Below are positions 37,592-48,652 of a stretch of 64,000 bases of DNA, piece by piece. Numbering within the stretch: position 1 is the first letter of the stretch; every line of letters starts with the position of its first letter. Below the pieces are notes generated by a model. The model did not search any database. It saw nothing but the letters and a program-made list of their open reading frames with translations, and was not told the origin of the DNA. The DNA comes from Candidatus Gottesmanbacteria bacterium (GTDB lineage: Bacteria; Patescibacteriota; Microgenomatia; UBA10105; UBA927). The DNA lies in the NCBI GenBank assembly GCA_963711735.1, contig CAVQFA010000003.1:210971-274970 (forward strand), in the 5' to 3' direction. A program made the translations under genes and the position numbers.

Positions 37592-38269
37592 ATGAAATCA
37601 CCCGTTGCTTCCCATTTCGACACACTCGCATCTTCCTATGATGAAGGGAAATTACGGAATTCATACTATTATTCGTCGCTTATTTCCTTATTGCGCCGCT
37701 ATATCCCGTACAATAGGTCGGTTTTGGAAATTGGCTGCGGAACCGGGGAATTACTGTCACACCTGAACCCGTCAAAAGGTGTCGGAATCGATATCAGCGA
37801 GAATATGATTGCCAAGGCACGGAAAAAATATACGGGAAAGAATATGACATTCCGTGTTGTATCTATAGAAAAGTACAGCAGTCGAATACCATTCGACACG
37901 ATATTTATGGCAGACGTGATAGAACATCTTACCGATCCCGTGTGTGCTTTTGCATCGGTTGAAAAACTTATGAAAAAACACACGACATTCGTCATTACAA
38001 TGGCAAACCCCATATGGGAACCGGTACTCATGTTTGCAGAGAAACTCCATTTGAAGATGCCGGAAGGACCGCACAATCGTATAGCATATGCCGACATCAA
38101 CAGACTCTGCCGTGTTAATGATATGCATATAATTCACCATTCCTATTCAACGCTCTGTCCTGTAAATCTGGGGATTGTTTCATCCGCATTGAACAACTAC
38201 TGTGAACCTTTCCTCCGGAGATTTGCATTTATCGAATTTTTCATAATCAAAAAAGGAAAAATCATGTAA
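37592..38269 (+). CDS. Class I SAM-dependent methyltransferase
   Basis: VLEIGCGTG, GIDIS, DVIEHL. Confidence 0.9.
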   Translation: MKSPVASHFDTLASSYDEGKLRNSYYYSSLISLLRRYIPYNRSVLEIGCGTGELLSHLNPSKGVGIDISENMIAKARKKYTGKNMTFRVVSIEKYSSRIPFDTIFMADVIEHLTDPVCAFASVEKLMKKHTTFVITMANPIWEPVLMFAEKLHLKMPEGPHNRIAYADINRLCRVNDMHIIHHSYSTLCPVNLGIVSSALNNYCEPFLRRFAFIEFFIIKKGKIM

Positions 38270-38336
38270 ACATGTCAAATACTTTGTAATGATCCGTGGT
38301 TTCAAGCAGCAGAAAAATATGTAATAATAGCCGGAT

Positions 38337-39267
38337 ATGAATCGGACAGAGGTTTATAAGGTATTTACTGCTCTGGTTTTATTTCCTGCGTTGTGTTTCT
38401 GTATTTTTTTACTTCTCTATACCGTTTCAAAAGCAGACGCAAACACCAATTCAATCATCAGCCCGTTGTCATCCACTGCTCTTATTCCGACACCTTCCGA
38501 AAAGCCGAATAAAGAAGAGCTTTCCGCGTCAGTTGAGAAAGCTTTGGAAGGAACGAAAGGAACATACAGTATCGTAGTTAATAATCTGAAAACCGGAGAA
38601 GCATACATGCGCGATGAACACCGCGTATATGAACCGGGCAGTTTATACAAAATATGGATTATGGCTGCTGTATATGATGCGATAGACAAAGGTAAACTGA
38701 AAGAAGAGAAAATTCTTACTCAGGATGTGCAGACTCTGAATGATGAGTTTCAGATATCAAGCGAATCAGCTGAACTTACCGAAGGGACAATATCAATGAG
38801 TGTTGCTGATGCCATATCGCAGATGATAACTATCTCCCATAATTATGCGGCACTTCTTCTTTCACAGGCCGTCGGACTTTCAAATGTAACCGCGTTTTTA
38901 CTGTCACACGGACTGAACGAATCATTTATCGGACAGCCCCCAAAAGTAAGTGCATATGACATTGCCTTCGTTTCTGGAGAAACTGTATAAAGGCGAGCTT
39001 GGTACCCCGGCGCATACCGGTCAAATGATTGAGGTGATGAAAAAACAGACGATCAACCATAAGATTCCTAAGTATCTGCCGCAAGGTACCTTTATTGCCC
39101 ATAAAACAGGAGAAATCGGACCATATTCGCATGACGCCGGAATAGTATACGGAAGAAACGGTGATTATATTATTGTTGTATTGTCCGAAAGCGAATTTCC
39201 ATCCGGCGCTGAAGAGAGGATAGCGGCAGTATCGAAAGCCGTTTACGATGTTTTTGAAGGGAAGTAA
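38337..39267 (+). CDS. Class A beta-lactamase-like serine hydrolase; frameshift near 38965
   Basis: SLYK, SHN and HKTG motifs spread over ORFs 38337 and 38950. Confidence 0.8.
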
Positions 39268-39343
39268 ATTACTAAGTTTATTTTTTAAGCAAACTATCGG
39301 CTCGCTTTAAAAAAAGATAAACAAATTACATACATACCGCTTA

Positions 39344-39376
39344 TTTTCAGGTATTTTTCAGATTCCGGAGTATAAT
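39344..39376 (+). promoter_or_regulatory. OmpR-type box (TTTTCAG class) plus -10
   Basis: TTTTCAG-GTAT-TTTTCAG-N9-TATAAT, 7 nt before ATG. Confidence 0.7.
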
Positions 39377-39383
39377 ATACCTC

Positions 39384-40058
39384 ATGAGAATCCTCGTTAT
39401 AGAAGATGAACACCGGATAGCTAATTCCATACAAAAGGGGCTTATACAGGAACGGTATGCCGTGGATATCTCGTACGAAGGGAAAGACGGATACGATAAG
39501 GCATCCGTCGAGGAGTATGACTGTATTATTCTTGACCTTATGCTTCCGGGCATGAACGGTTTGGAGATTCTCCGAACCCTCCGTACAGAAGGCAACCATA
39601 CACCAATTCTTATCCTCACGGCTAAGGGACAAACGGGGGATAAGGTATCCGGTTTGAACACGGGTGCTGATGACTATCTCACAAAACCATTTTCGTTCGA
39701 AGAGCTTCTTGCACGGATTCGGGCCCTAATCAGACGCCCGAAAACATCAATTGGTACAATACTCACAGTCGGCGATTTGATGCTCAATACACAAACATAC
39801 GAAGTTTCTTTTAAAGGGAATGCGGTGCAGCTTTCCGGTAAAGAATACGCACTTCTTGAATATATGATGCGGAACACCGGAAGGATTCTGACAAAAGAAC
39901 AGCTTATCGCGCATGTATGGAATTATGACGCCGACATACTGCCTAATACTGTAGAAGTGTACATGAAAAATTTACGCTCGAAAATTGGTATATATACAAC
40001 CGGAAAAGCACCTCTCATTCAGACAATCCGGGGGTTCGGATATAAGATCGGAACATAA
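39384..40058 (+). CDS. OmpR family response regulator (TCS-2)
   Basis: ILVIEDE, DLMLP, GADDYLTKPF, TIRGFGY. Confidence 0.95.
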   Translation: MRILVIEDEHRIANSIQKGLIQERYAVDISYEGKDGYDKASVEEYDCIILDLMLPGMNGLEILRTLRTEGNHTPILILTAKGQTGDKVSGLNTGADDYLTKPFSFEELLARIRALIRRPKTSIGTILTVGDLMLNTQTYEVSFKGNAVQLSGKEYALLEYMMRNTGRILTKEQLIAHVWNYDADILPNTVEVYMKNLRSKIGIYTTGKAPLIQTIRGFGYKIGT

Positions 40059-40061
40059 TGT

Positions 40062-41099
40062 ATGTTTACACGCGCACGAATTAAATTAACCGCATGGTAT
40101 CTACTCATCATTATGTTTGTGAGCGTTTCCTTCAGCTGGGTTATCTATCAGGCTATCACCCATGAAGTTGAAAGATTTGCTGAAACTCAAAAATTGCGTA
40201 TAGAACGGCGGTTAAGAGAGAGCGTTCATCCTCAAGGCGAATTTTCCCAACCGATAGCACCATCTCAAATACCTGTTATGGATCCGGAGCTTGTGGAAGA
40301 GACGAAAAGCAGATTTCTCATGACTCTCATTATTATAAACGGGAGTATCTTCCTGTTTTCCGGAGGTTTAGGGTATATTCTGGCCGGCAGAACCCTTAAA
40401 CCGATACAGGATATGCTCGACGAACAAAATCAGTTTATATCGGATGCATCGCACGAGCTGAGAACTCCTCTTACGTCTATCAGAAGCGCAATAGAGGTGA
40501 ATTTAAGGGATAAAAATATGACACTCAGCGACGCAAAAACCCTGCTTACCGAAAACATGGAGGAAGTACAAAAACTTCAAAATCTTTCCGATGCGCTTCT
40601 TACTCTTGCTCAATATAAAATTTCAAACGGAAACGTTCAAATGCACAAACTTGCTCTCCATGAAGTTTTGGTAAAGGCTTTGAAACGGGTCGAACCGATG
40701 GCAAAGAAAAAAAATATTACGTTACAAAAATCAATAGAAGAGACAGAGATAAAAGGAAACCCTGACAGTTTATGTGATATGTTCGTCATACTTCTGGATA
40801 ATGCCATAAAGTACAGTTTTTCGGATATGAAAGTTACAGTAAGCCAGAAGAATACAAACGGCAATGTCACAATAATTGTGAAAGATACGGGTATCGGTAT
40901 CGGTCCGAAGGATCTGCCGCACATATTCGATCGTTTCTACAGGGCAGACAGCGCGAGATCCAAATCAGGGGAAGGCGGATACGGACTGGGATTGTCCATT
41001 GCTAAAAATATCGTGAAAATGCATTCGGGCGTTATGGATGTTAAGAGCAAGGAAAAGAAAGGATCAACGTTTACCGTTACATTTCCCAAAACCGTATAA
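40062..41099 (+). CDS. Sensor histidine kinase (TCS-2)
   Basis: Two TMs, ASHELRTPL, NAIKY, DTGIG, GLGL. Confidence 0.95.
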   Translation: MFTRARIKLTAWYLLIIMFVSVSFSWVIYQAITHEVERFAETQKLRIERRLRESVHPQGEFSQPIAPSQIPVMDPELVEETKSRFLMTLIIINGSIFLFSGGLGYILAGRTLKPIQDMLDEQNQFISDASHELRTPLTSIRSAIEVNLRDKNMTLSDAKTLLTENMEEVQKLQNLSDALLTLAQYKISNGNVQMHKLALHEVLVKALKRVEPMAKKKNITLQKSIEETEIKGNPDSLCDMFVILLDNAIKYSFSDMKVTVSQKNTNGNVTIIVKDTGIGIGPKDLPHIFDRFYRADSARSKSGEGGYGLGLSIAKNIVKMHSGVMDVKSKEKKGSTFTVTFPKTV

Positions 41100-41108
41100 A
41101 ACATCAAT

Positions 41109-41142
41109 TTTTCAGGTTATTTTCAGTTTTCATGAGTATAAA
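41109..41142 (+). promoter_or_regulatory. OmpR-type box (TTTTCAG class) plus -10
   Basis: TTTTCAG-GTTA-TTTTCAG-N10-TATAAA. Confidence 0.7.
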
Positions 41143-41154
41143 GAAAGGAACAAT

Positions 41155-42467
41155 ATGAAAATACAGTCAATTATTGCTGTTCCAGTAGAGAGATTTAAAA
41201 AACTGGCACTCTTCCAGAAAATACTTCTTATCGCAGTCCTTGTCGGACTGGGATGGTTTACCTATACCAAAGTGTTTACAAATAAATCCGCATCTGTTGC
41301 GTACCAGACGGCAACAGCCCAGAAAGGCACCCTTATTGTCACGGTTGCCGGATCTGGACAAGTAAGTTCTGTAAACAGTGAATCCAGTGACTACGCAAGC
41401 TTCCGGTGTAGTCAAAAGCGTGAACGTAAAGGATCAGGATATGGTTCAGGGTGGGCAGGTTGTTGCCGAATTAACGCTTGATTTACTCGGACAACAGCGG
41501 TATACCCAGGCACTTGCCTCCTACCAAAGCGCGCAGAATTCCTTAGCGAGCGCGAAAGCGAATCTCTATACCACGCAGTCTGATATGCTTAACAATTGGA
41601 AAATGTATTATGACACGGCCACAAATTCAACGTACCAAAACAGTGACGGATCTCCGAATACGGACAAACGGGCTCTTGTTGACTTTGTGACACTGCAAAA
41701 CGATTGGCTTGCATCAGAAGCGAAATATAAAATAGCACTCGCGCAGGTGACTCAGTCACAAACGGCTTTGTCGTCATCCTGGATTTCACTTCAGCAGGCA
41801 TCGCCGCTCATATATGCTCCGATTTCCGGTAAAGTATCGGGATTTTCTCTGCAACCGGGAACCGTGCTTTTGTCTTCATCGACATCAAGTACAACTTCAG
41901 TTTCAAATACAAAAGTAGCAAATATTGAAACAAACGCAAACCCGCTTGGTGACCGTGAATTTAACGGAAATTGATGTTCCGAAAGTAACAATCGGTGATA
42001 AGACGACTGTAACATTTGATGCTTTAAGCGGAAAGACGTTTGCCGGAAAAGTAATCAGTATAGATACTGTCGGAACTGTCACATCAGGGGTTACGAATTA
42101 TCCGGCAGTTATTGCACTGGATACGGCAAACACCCAAATACTTCCGAATATGTCTGCAACAGCAAATATTATCACCGCAACCAAAGATAATGTTATGTTG
42201 ATTCCCTCAAGCGCGGTGCAGACACAAAACGACGTGTCAGCGGTGCGTGTGATGAAAAACGGGAAAGTCAGTGAAGTGACGGTTGAAATAGGATTATCCT
42301 CAGATACGCAAACGGAAATCGTATCGGGCATAACCGAAGGTGATACGGTGGTTTCAAGCGTAACTCAGTCAACCGGCAGCTCTACGTCTCAAACAGGCCA
42401 ATCTCCTTTTGGGATATTTGGCGGCGGTCAAAGAGGCGGAAACCAAATTCGAATTCCAAGAGATTAG
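41155..42467 (+). CDS. MacA/YknX-like membrane-fusion adaptor; frameshifts near 41380 and 41948
   Basis: TM, SGVVKSVNVKDQD.V..GQ, IYAPISGKV, ILPNMSATANI across three overlapping ORFs. Confidence 0.85.
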
Positions 42468-42482
42468 TTTCCATATTTATGT

Positions 42483-43187
42483 ATGATACAAATATCTCAC
42501 GTTACCAAAATATACAAAACAGAAGCAGGAGAAACCAAGGCTGTCGATGACATTTCATTTGAAATAACGAAGGGTGAATTCGTCGCCATTATGGGTCCGT
42601 CAGGATCCGGCAAGTCAACCCTCATGCATATTTTAGGTGCACTAGATACTCCGACAAGCGGCACATATTTTCTGGATAAGGAAAATGTATCGAAACTGAC
42701 GGATGATGAACTAGCTGATATACGGAACAGAAAAATCGGATTTATCTTTCAGGCGTACAATCTTCTTCCCCGTTTAACGACGCTCAAAAACGTCATGCTT
42801 CCTATGGCGTATGCCGGAATACCCAGGGAAGAACGGGAGGAGAAAGCCCGGAAGTATCTGGAAATGGTCGGTCTCGGAGACAGGATGTTTCATACATCCA
42901 ACCAGCTTTCCGGCGGACAACAGCAGCGTGTCGCCATAGCACGGGGACTTGTTATGAATCCTTCGATTTTGCTTGCTGATGAACCGACGGGAAACATCGC
43001 AACTAATCAGGCAGAAGAGATAATGGAAATTTTTATGAAGCTGAATTCCGAGGGACATACGATTGTCATGATTACACACGAACCTGATGTGGCTGAACAT
43101 GCCAAACGCATTATATTTATCCGGGACGGAAAAATTATCAATGATAAAAAAAACGGTAAAAAATTTGTACACAAAAAGTTTTATTAG
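42483..43187 (+). CDS. MacB/LolD-like ABC ATP-binding protein
   Basis: [27 protein letters not shown]. Confidence 0.95.
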   Translation: MIQISHVTKIYKTEAGETKAVDDISFEITKGEFVAIMGPSGSGKSTLMHILGALDTPTSGTYFLDKENVSKLTDDELADIRNRKIGFIFQAYNLLPRLTTLKNVMLPMAYAGIPREEREEKARKYLEMVGLGDRMFHTSNQLSGGQQQRVAIARGLVMNPSILLADEPTGNIATNQAEEIMEIFMKLNSEGHTIVMITHEPDVAEHAKRIIFIRDGKIINDKKNGKKFVHKKFY

Positions 43188-43189
43188 CT

Positions 43190-44413
43190 ATGGAACTTTC
43201 AGAAATTATCAGCGAATCATTAGGAACATTGACGCTCAATAAAATGCGTACGGGTTTGGCAGTCCTTGGAATTATTATCGGTATAGGAAGCGTCATCGCC
43301 CTTATTTCTCTCGGACAATCGAGCCAGAAATCAATTGAAAATCAAATACAGTCACTCGGGGCAAATCTTCTGACTGTTACGCCATCGCGTCAGTCATCCG
43401 GAGCCGTACGGGGTGCACTCGGGGGAGGAACAACATTGACGCTTGATGACGCGAAAGCACTTTCAACGTCACCTGAAATGACACTCATTCAGAGTGTTTC
43501 TCCTGAGTATCAGGGAAGGGCTCAGGTAACCGCAGGGGGTAATAACACAAATACGCAGATTATCGGAGTATATCCTCAATATGCTCAGATCCGGAAAGTC
43601 ACTCTGGCAAGCGGAGTATTTATCACACAGGCGGATGTAGAAACAATCCGGAAAGTTGCTGTTCTCGGATCACAATCTGCCATAGATCTTTTCGGTGAAG
43701 GAGTAAATGCAGTAGGGCAGACTATCCGTATCAACAAGCAGGTGCTAACGGTTGTGGGAGTGGCCGTTAGTAAAGGGGGATCGGGATTTAATAATACCGA
43801 TGATTCGATTTATGTACCCCTGACGACAGCGCAGAAACAACTTTTCGGTGCGGATTACCTTTCATCTATAGCCGTTGAGGCAAAGAGCCAGGATGTGATG
43901 ACCGCGGCGCAAAACCAGATCGGTTACTTACTTCTCGCACGTCACAAACTAACGGATCCCACGCAGGCGGATTTTATGATTCTGTCGCAAAGCGACATTT
44001 TAAGCACGGTAAATCAGGTTACAAATACATTCACAATGCTCCTCGGAGGAATTGCCGCAATTTCACTTCTCGTAGGCGGAATAGGCATTATGAATATCAT
44101 GCTTGTGACTGTCACTGAGAGGACTCGTGAAATCGGACTACGAAAGGCACTCGGAGCGAAGAAAAAGACAATAATAACCCAGTTTCTCATTGAATCAATC
44201 ATCCTTACGTTTACAGGAGGAATTTTCGGGATGCTTTTCGGTATAGGGGTTTCTTTTATACTTACAAAAATTATGAGCGTTCCTTTTACCCTCTCTGTGA
44301 TGTCCATATTTCTTGCCATAGGAGTATCGGGAGCTATAGGGATAGTATTCGGATGGTATCCTGCACAAAAAGCGGCAAATTTACAACCGATTGAAGCATT
44401 GAGATACGAGTAG
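43190..44413 (+). CDS. MacB-like ABC permease
   Basis: GIIIGIGSVI; GGIGIMNIMLVTVTERTREIGLRKALGA. Confidence 0.95.
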   Translation: MELSEIISESLGTLTLNKMRTGLAVLGIIIGIGSVIALISLGQSSQKSIENQIQSLGANLLTVTPSRQSSGAVRGALGGGTTLTLDDAKALSTSPEMTLIQSVSPEYQGRAQVTAGGNNTNTQIIGVYPQYAQIRKVTLASGVFITQADVETIRKVAVLGSQSAIDLFGEGVNAVGQTIRINKQVLTVVGVAVSKGGSGFNNTDDSIYVPLTTAQKQLFGADYLSSIAVEAKSQDVMTAAQNQIGYLLLARHKLTDPTQADFMILSQSDILSTVNQVTNTFTMLLGGIAAISLLVGGIGIMNIMLVTVTERTREIGLRKALGAKKKTIITQFLIESIILTFTGGIFGMLFGIGVSFILTKIMSVPFTLSVMSIFLAIGVSGAIGIVFGWYPAQKAANLQPIEALRYE

Positions 44414-44496
44414 TTAAAAAAAATAAAAAACTTTTCTGTATAAGAAAATATATAAATACATAAGAATTGAAGAATTCAGAAAAGGAGGTGAATAAT

Positions 44497-44940
44497 ATGA
44501 AACAGTCTATGATAATAATAATCGTAGCTATACTGATAGTCGGGGCAGGTATGTTTTACGGAGGTATGAAATACCAGGAGAATAAAAGTTTTCAACCGGG
44601 CGGACAATTTTTAGGTCGTCAGGGAATGAGAAACGGAAACGGATTTCCCGGAGGTGGTTTAAACCGGAACGGATTTCGGCCAATATCAGGGGAAATTATA
44701 ACAAGCGATAACACGTCCGTTACGGTCAAGCTGGCAGACGGTTCGAGTAAGATAGTTCTCCTTACGGATAAAACATCCATCAATAAAGCCGCAACAGCAA
44801 GTGCAAGTGATTTAAAGGCAGGAGAGACGATCGCGGTGTTTGGCGCGGAGAATACAGACGGAAGTGTTACAGCCCAAAATATTCAACTCAATCCCATTTC
44901 CCGCATGACAGTAAATCCGACAGGAAATCAACCTCAATAA
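44497..44940 (+). CDS. Membrane-anchored DUF5666-like protein
   Basis: SD AAGGAGGTGA, TM, Gly-rich linker, SDLKAGE...DGSVTAQNI. Confidence 0.75.
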   Translation: MKQSMIIIIVAILIVGAGMFYGGMKYQENKSFQPGGQFLGRQGMRNGNGFPGGGLNRNGFRPISGEIITSDNTSVTVKLADGSSKIVLLTDKTSINKAATASASDLKAGETIAVFGAENTDGSVTAQNIQLNPISRMTVNPTGNQPQ

Positions 44941-45024
44941 GAAACAGATGCCCGTTTCGGTACGCGTGCATTTGGAGGGATTTTTTTCCTGTGGTAGAAT
45001 AAACAAAACAACAAAGGAGGGTCT

Positions 45025-45594
45025 ATGAAAACAACAGTGTCCGAGACACAGAAGAATCTTCTGCGCGCTTTTGCAGGGGAATCACAGGCAAGGAATAAAT
45101 ATACCGTATATGCAAAAGTCGCCCGGAAAGACAATCTGGAATGGATTGCACGCGTATTTGAGGAAACTGCAGATAACGAACGGGCACACGCAGAGGAACT
45201 TTTTGAGATGATCAACGTTCCGTTGTCATTTGTAAGTAATTTAAATATTCATCCGTATGCCAAAACTTCGGATAATCTCAAAGTTGCAGCCGAAGGGGAG
45301 AAGTACGAGTGGACAACGATGTATCCTGATTTTGAAAGAATCGCCGCTCAGGAAAAAGCATTCGAACCGGCAAGACTTTTCGGAAACCTGAAGAAGGTTG
45401 AAGAAAGGCACGAAGAGCGGTACATCATTATCGCAAAAAAACTTGACAGCAATACGCTCTATAACAGCGATACCATTCTTGAATGGAAATGCGTTAACTG
45501 CGGGTTTATATACAAAGGTAAAGCACCGCCCGCAAAGTGTCCCGTATGCCTTAAACCGTCGACATGGTACATGCCGCTTGGTTTGGTACGGTAA
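45025..45594 (+). CDS. rbr: Rubrerythrin
   Basis: AFAGESQARNKY, ERAHA, EERH, WKCVNCG...CPVC. Confidence 0.95.
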   Translation: MKTTVSETQKNLLRAFAGESQARNKYTVYAKVARKDNLEWIARVFEETADNERAHAEELFEMINVPLSFVSNLNIHPYAKTSDNLKVAAEGEKYEWTTMYPDFERIAAQEKAFEPARLFGNLKKVEERHEERYIIIAKKLDSNTLYNSDTILEWKCVNCGFIYKGKAPPAKCPVCLKPSTWYMPLGLVR

Positions 45595-45598
45595 ACTT

Positions 45599-47029
45599 TC
45601 AGCGACTTCTTCTGAAGAGGAAATGGGTCGTTGTAAATACAGGACGGGCAATACCCCGGAAAAACCGAGACATAAACAGCGTAATAAGTTCTTTATACCC
45701 TATTCTCGGTAAAAGCTTCATAAGCACGGAAGGCCGAAGGTAAAATTTTCGAAGTGCGGTTTTTTGGAGACGTTCCAACCGGCTCTTGGTTACATCTTTA
45801 CACGATATGATTACCGTAGAACAGTCATGTGTATTCCAGTCAATGTTTCTGAACTTTCTTTTTCCAAGCCAGCGTGCAAATGCCGCGGAGCCGGGATACG
45901 GAGTAAAAATATTAAACCACGCCCGGTCAAACGGGTAATGTAGCGCAAAATTAATCGTATCCAGAATCGTTTTTCGTGTATCTCCGGGTAGACCTAAAAT
46001 GAAAAATCCGTACGATTCTATTTTTTCCCGACGGAGGTTTTTAAGAACTCCCGGTACTACGGAAAGGCGAAGATGCTTGTTAACCGTGTCGAGAATCTTC
46101 TGATTTCCCGACTCGATACCGAGTCCCACCGCGTAACACCCTGATTGTTTCATTGCATGCAGAAGAGGCGGTGTCAGTCTGTCTATACGGACACCGTTAG
46201 GGCACTGCCACGGAAGATTGATACGCTTTTTCATAAACACTTCGCATATTTTCATTGCACGGTTCGGATCCATGGTGAAATTGTCATCGGATATATGCAA
46301 CTCTTTCACTTTATACGTTTTTTTGAGAAGCATGATCTCTCTGATAATATTTTCAGCGCTTCTATAACGGATTTGGTGTTTCCAGGTAACACCTGAAGCG
46401 CAAAATGAACACTGATACGGACATCCGCGGGTAGTGAGTATCGGAGCAATAGGGAACCCTTTGGCAGGCTCCAAAATCGGTACGATGCGGTATGCGTCCG
46501 GAGGCATAAGATCCCAGGCCGGAAAGGGAAGGCTGTCAAGATCGCCGATTAACACCCGCGGATGATTTATCTGAAACGTTGTGCTTCCGGTTGGCCGGAA
46601 TACAAGCCCGTCAATGGTTTGAAATGCATGTCCGGATGATGCAAGCACATCTGCAAGCTCCAGAAGTGTCTGTTCTCCCTCACCGATAACACCGAAATCT
46701 GCACGGAGATCGTCACATACATCTATTGGTGCGGCGGATACCTGTGTCCCGCCTATAACAATAGGCAGATGAGGATAGGCTGATTTAATATGCCGTATCA
46801 TCTGTTTTGCCAGAACATGTCCGCGTGTGAGTACCGAAATACCAACGAGATTTGGTTTTTCTTTATCAATTTCTGCGACAAAATCACTGTACGTTGCATT
46901 TCTGAGTGTTCCGTCATAGAGAGATACAGAGTGCCCATGAACTCTCAGGTATGACGCGAGATACCCAAGTCCCAGGGGAGGATGTATAACGTGCGCATCA
47001 TAATTCGGGTACAGAAGGGTTACTTTCAT
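45599..47029 (-). CDS. B12-binding radical SAM protein
   Basis: PPLGLGYLAS; TRGCPYQCSFC; GIESG. Confidence 0.9.
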   Translation of the reverse strand: MKVTLLYPNYDAHVIHPPLGLGYLASYLRVHGHSVSLYDGTLRNATYSDFVAEIDKEKPNLVGISVLTRGHVLAKQMIRHIKSAYPHLPIVIGGTQVSAAPIDVCDDLRADFGVIGEGEQTLLELADVLASSGHAFQTIDGLVFRPTGSTTFQINHPRVLIGDLDSLPFPAWDLMPPDAYRIVPILEPAKGFPIAPILTTRGCPYQCSFCASGVTWKHQIRYRSAENIIREIMLLKKTYKVKELHISDDNFTMDPNRAMKICEVFMKKRINLPWQCPNGVRIDRLTPPLLHAMKQSGCYAVGLGIESGNQKILDTVNKHLRLSVVPGVLKNLRREKIESYGFFILGLPGDTRKTILDTINFALHYPFDRAWFNIFTPYPGSAAFARWLGKRKFRNIDWNTHDCSTVIISCKDVTKSRLERLQKTALRKFYLRPSVLMKLLPRIGYKELITLFMSRFFRGIARPVFTTTHFLFRRSR

Positions 47030-47106
47030 AAAAAACGTTTTTACACTATACTCTCTACTGTCGGTATTTCAGCACAAAGGGAATAATACAGTGTATTGGA
47101 ATTCGT

Positions 47107-47445
47107 ATGATAAAATCAAACCCATATCAAAAATCACCGTTTGCAGAATACTTCAACCAACTAAGCGAGGTGGATAAATCATTTAAAGATACGAAAGAAT
47201 ACGGATCCATATTGATACTGACGCTGGTTGAAGAAGTTGGTGAAATGGCGCGTGCGTACCTTGCTGAACACGGAAGAAAAAGAACGAATATTGCCGCACA
47301 GAGGGATGAAACATATGAACAGGAACTTGGTGATATTCTTGTTGCCATCATGCGTTTTGCCAGGGCAAAAAATATCAATCTTCATGAACGCATTCTCTAT
47401 ACTATAGAAAAAATCCGGAAACGCCAGACAGATCCGAAAGAATGA
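47107..47445 (+). CDS. MazG-like NTP pyrophosphohydrolase
   Basis: LVEEVGEMA...ELGDIL. Confidence 0.85.
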   Translation: MIKSNPYQKSPFAEYFNQLSEVDKSFKDTKEYGSILILTLVEEVGEMARAYLAEHGRKRTNIAAQRDETYEQELGDILVAIMRFARAKNINLHERILYTIEKIRKRQTDPKE

Positions 47446-47468
47446 TTGCCGGAAATTGGTTCCCGTCT

Positions 47469-48023
47469 TTATCTTTTCGGACAATTCGGCCAGGCGGACA
47501 ATCCGTCTGTTGAAATTTTAAACGCAGCGGTTTTGATTGCTTCCTCGGGATGAAACCTCAAGTCCGGATCGGTATCTGCATTCATGCGCATTCGGGTTGA
47601 CCGCCATGTGCCCGGAGAAAATTGGTATAAACCGCCATATAATCCGTTGATTGCACCCGGACGGAGATTGGATTCGCATACCGCGATGAGCCATAGCTTT
47701 GTCCGTTCAACACTATAGTGATTGGCGTAGTTGGTAAACCACTCATCCAGCTGTCCGGACGATACAGGTATGGGTGTCGGAGTCGGCGTTGGTGTGGACG
47801 AAGGTATCGGAGACGGAGTGGGTGTTGTTGTCGGAGTCGGTATGAGTGTAGGAGTTGGTGTAGGAACAGCTGTGGGGGTAGGCGTGGGCGGTGCAATGAT
47901 AAGCGGGATTTTGCCCAGAGACGTTTGATTGCCAAGCATGAGAAGCATTGCAAGGGGCGGGAAAAGAACCCGTCCCGTCATCGTTAAAACATGTTGTGCG
48001 AGTGATTCCATAAACTTAAGCAT
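47469..48023 (-). CDS. Rpf/lysozyme-like transglycosylase with Pro-Thr linker
   Basis: IAVCES, YGGLYQF..GTW, GLSAWPNC. Confidence 0.75.
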   Translation of the reverse strand: MLKFMESLAQHVLTMTGRVLFPPLAMLLMLGNQTSLGKIPLIIAPPTPTPTAVPTPTPTLIPTPTTTPTPSPIPSSTPTPTPTPIPVSSGQLDEWFTNYANHYSVERTKLWLIAVCESNLRPGAINGLYGGLYQFSPGTWRSTRMRMNADTDPDLRFHPEEAIKTAAFKISTDGLSAWPNCPKR

Positions 48024-48075
48024 TATACTATAAATTCACATACAGGTTCTGACATGCGGTATAATTCTTGGTATT

Positions 48076-48643
48076 ATGATGCTTCTTCATGTCTGTTGTG
48101 CTGATTGCATGCTGAAGACTGTTGATTCATTGCAAAAAGAATATCCTGAAGCATCCGAAGAAATACATCTTTACTTCTATAATCCCAACATCCATCCTCA
48201 ATCGGAATTTACCGCAAGACAGCTTGCGCTTGCCCATGTTGCACAAAAATTATCACTGCAGCTTATTATTGCCAATTGGACACCGAAGGATTATTTTGAA
48301 GCGCTATCTCTCTTGACAGAAAGAAGAAAGAACGAATTCTTCCCTGCGTTGTCCGAAGTGCTGGACTCTCCGTCTCACAAAAACTTTTTCATACGCCCTG
48401 GAAAACGGATATGCTTCTGTTTCATCAACACTTCTTTCCAGCAAATATATGCATAAAGAAGCGGTGATAACAATTGGTGAGTCCTTATCCAGAAAGACAG
48501 GATTACCGTTTGTCGTTCCTATAAAAATTGAACAGACGCTTCATACAGCCGGTTTTTATAAACAGAATTATTGCGGTTGCGCATATTCTCTTATCGATCG
48601 GTTGGAAGCGAAGAATGATATCGGAAAAGAAATATTTGCCTGA
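48076..48643 (+). CDS. queH: Epoxyqueuosine reductase; frameshift near 48340
   Basis: LLHVCCADC, YNPNIHP, RCPKCW.LRL (shifted frame), YKQNYCGC. Confidence 0.85.
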
Positions 48644-48652
48644 GCCAGATGC

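Noticed and set aside
38337-39267. True antibiotic-resistance beta-lactamase
   Set aside because: Membrane-anchored serine hydrolase of the class A fold; resistance function cannot be supported from motifs alone.
47770-47890. Tandem low-complexity repeat
   Set aside because: Encodes the Pro-Thr linker of the Rpf-like protein.
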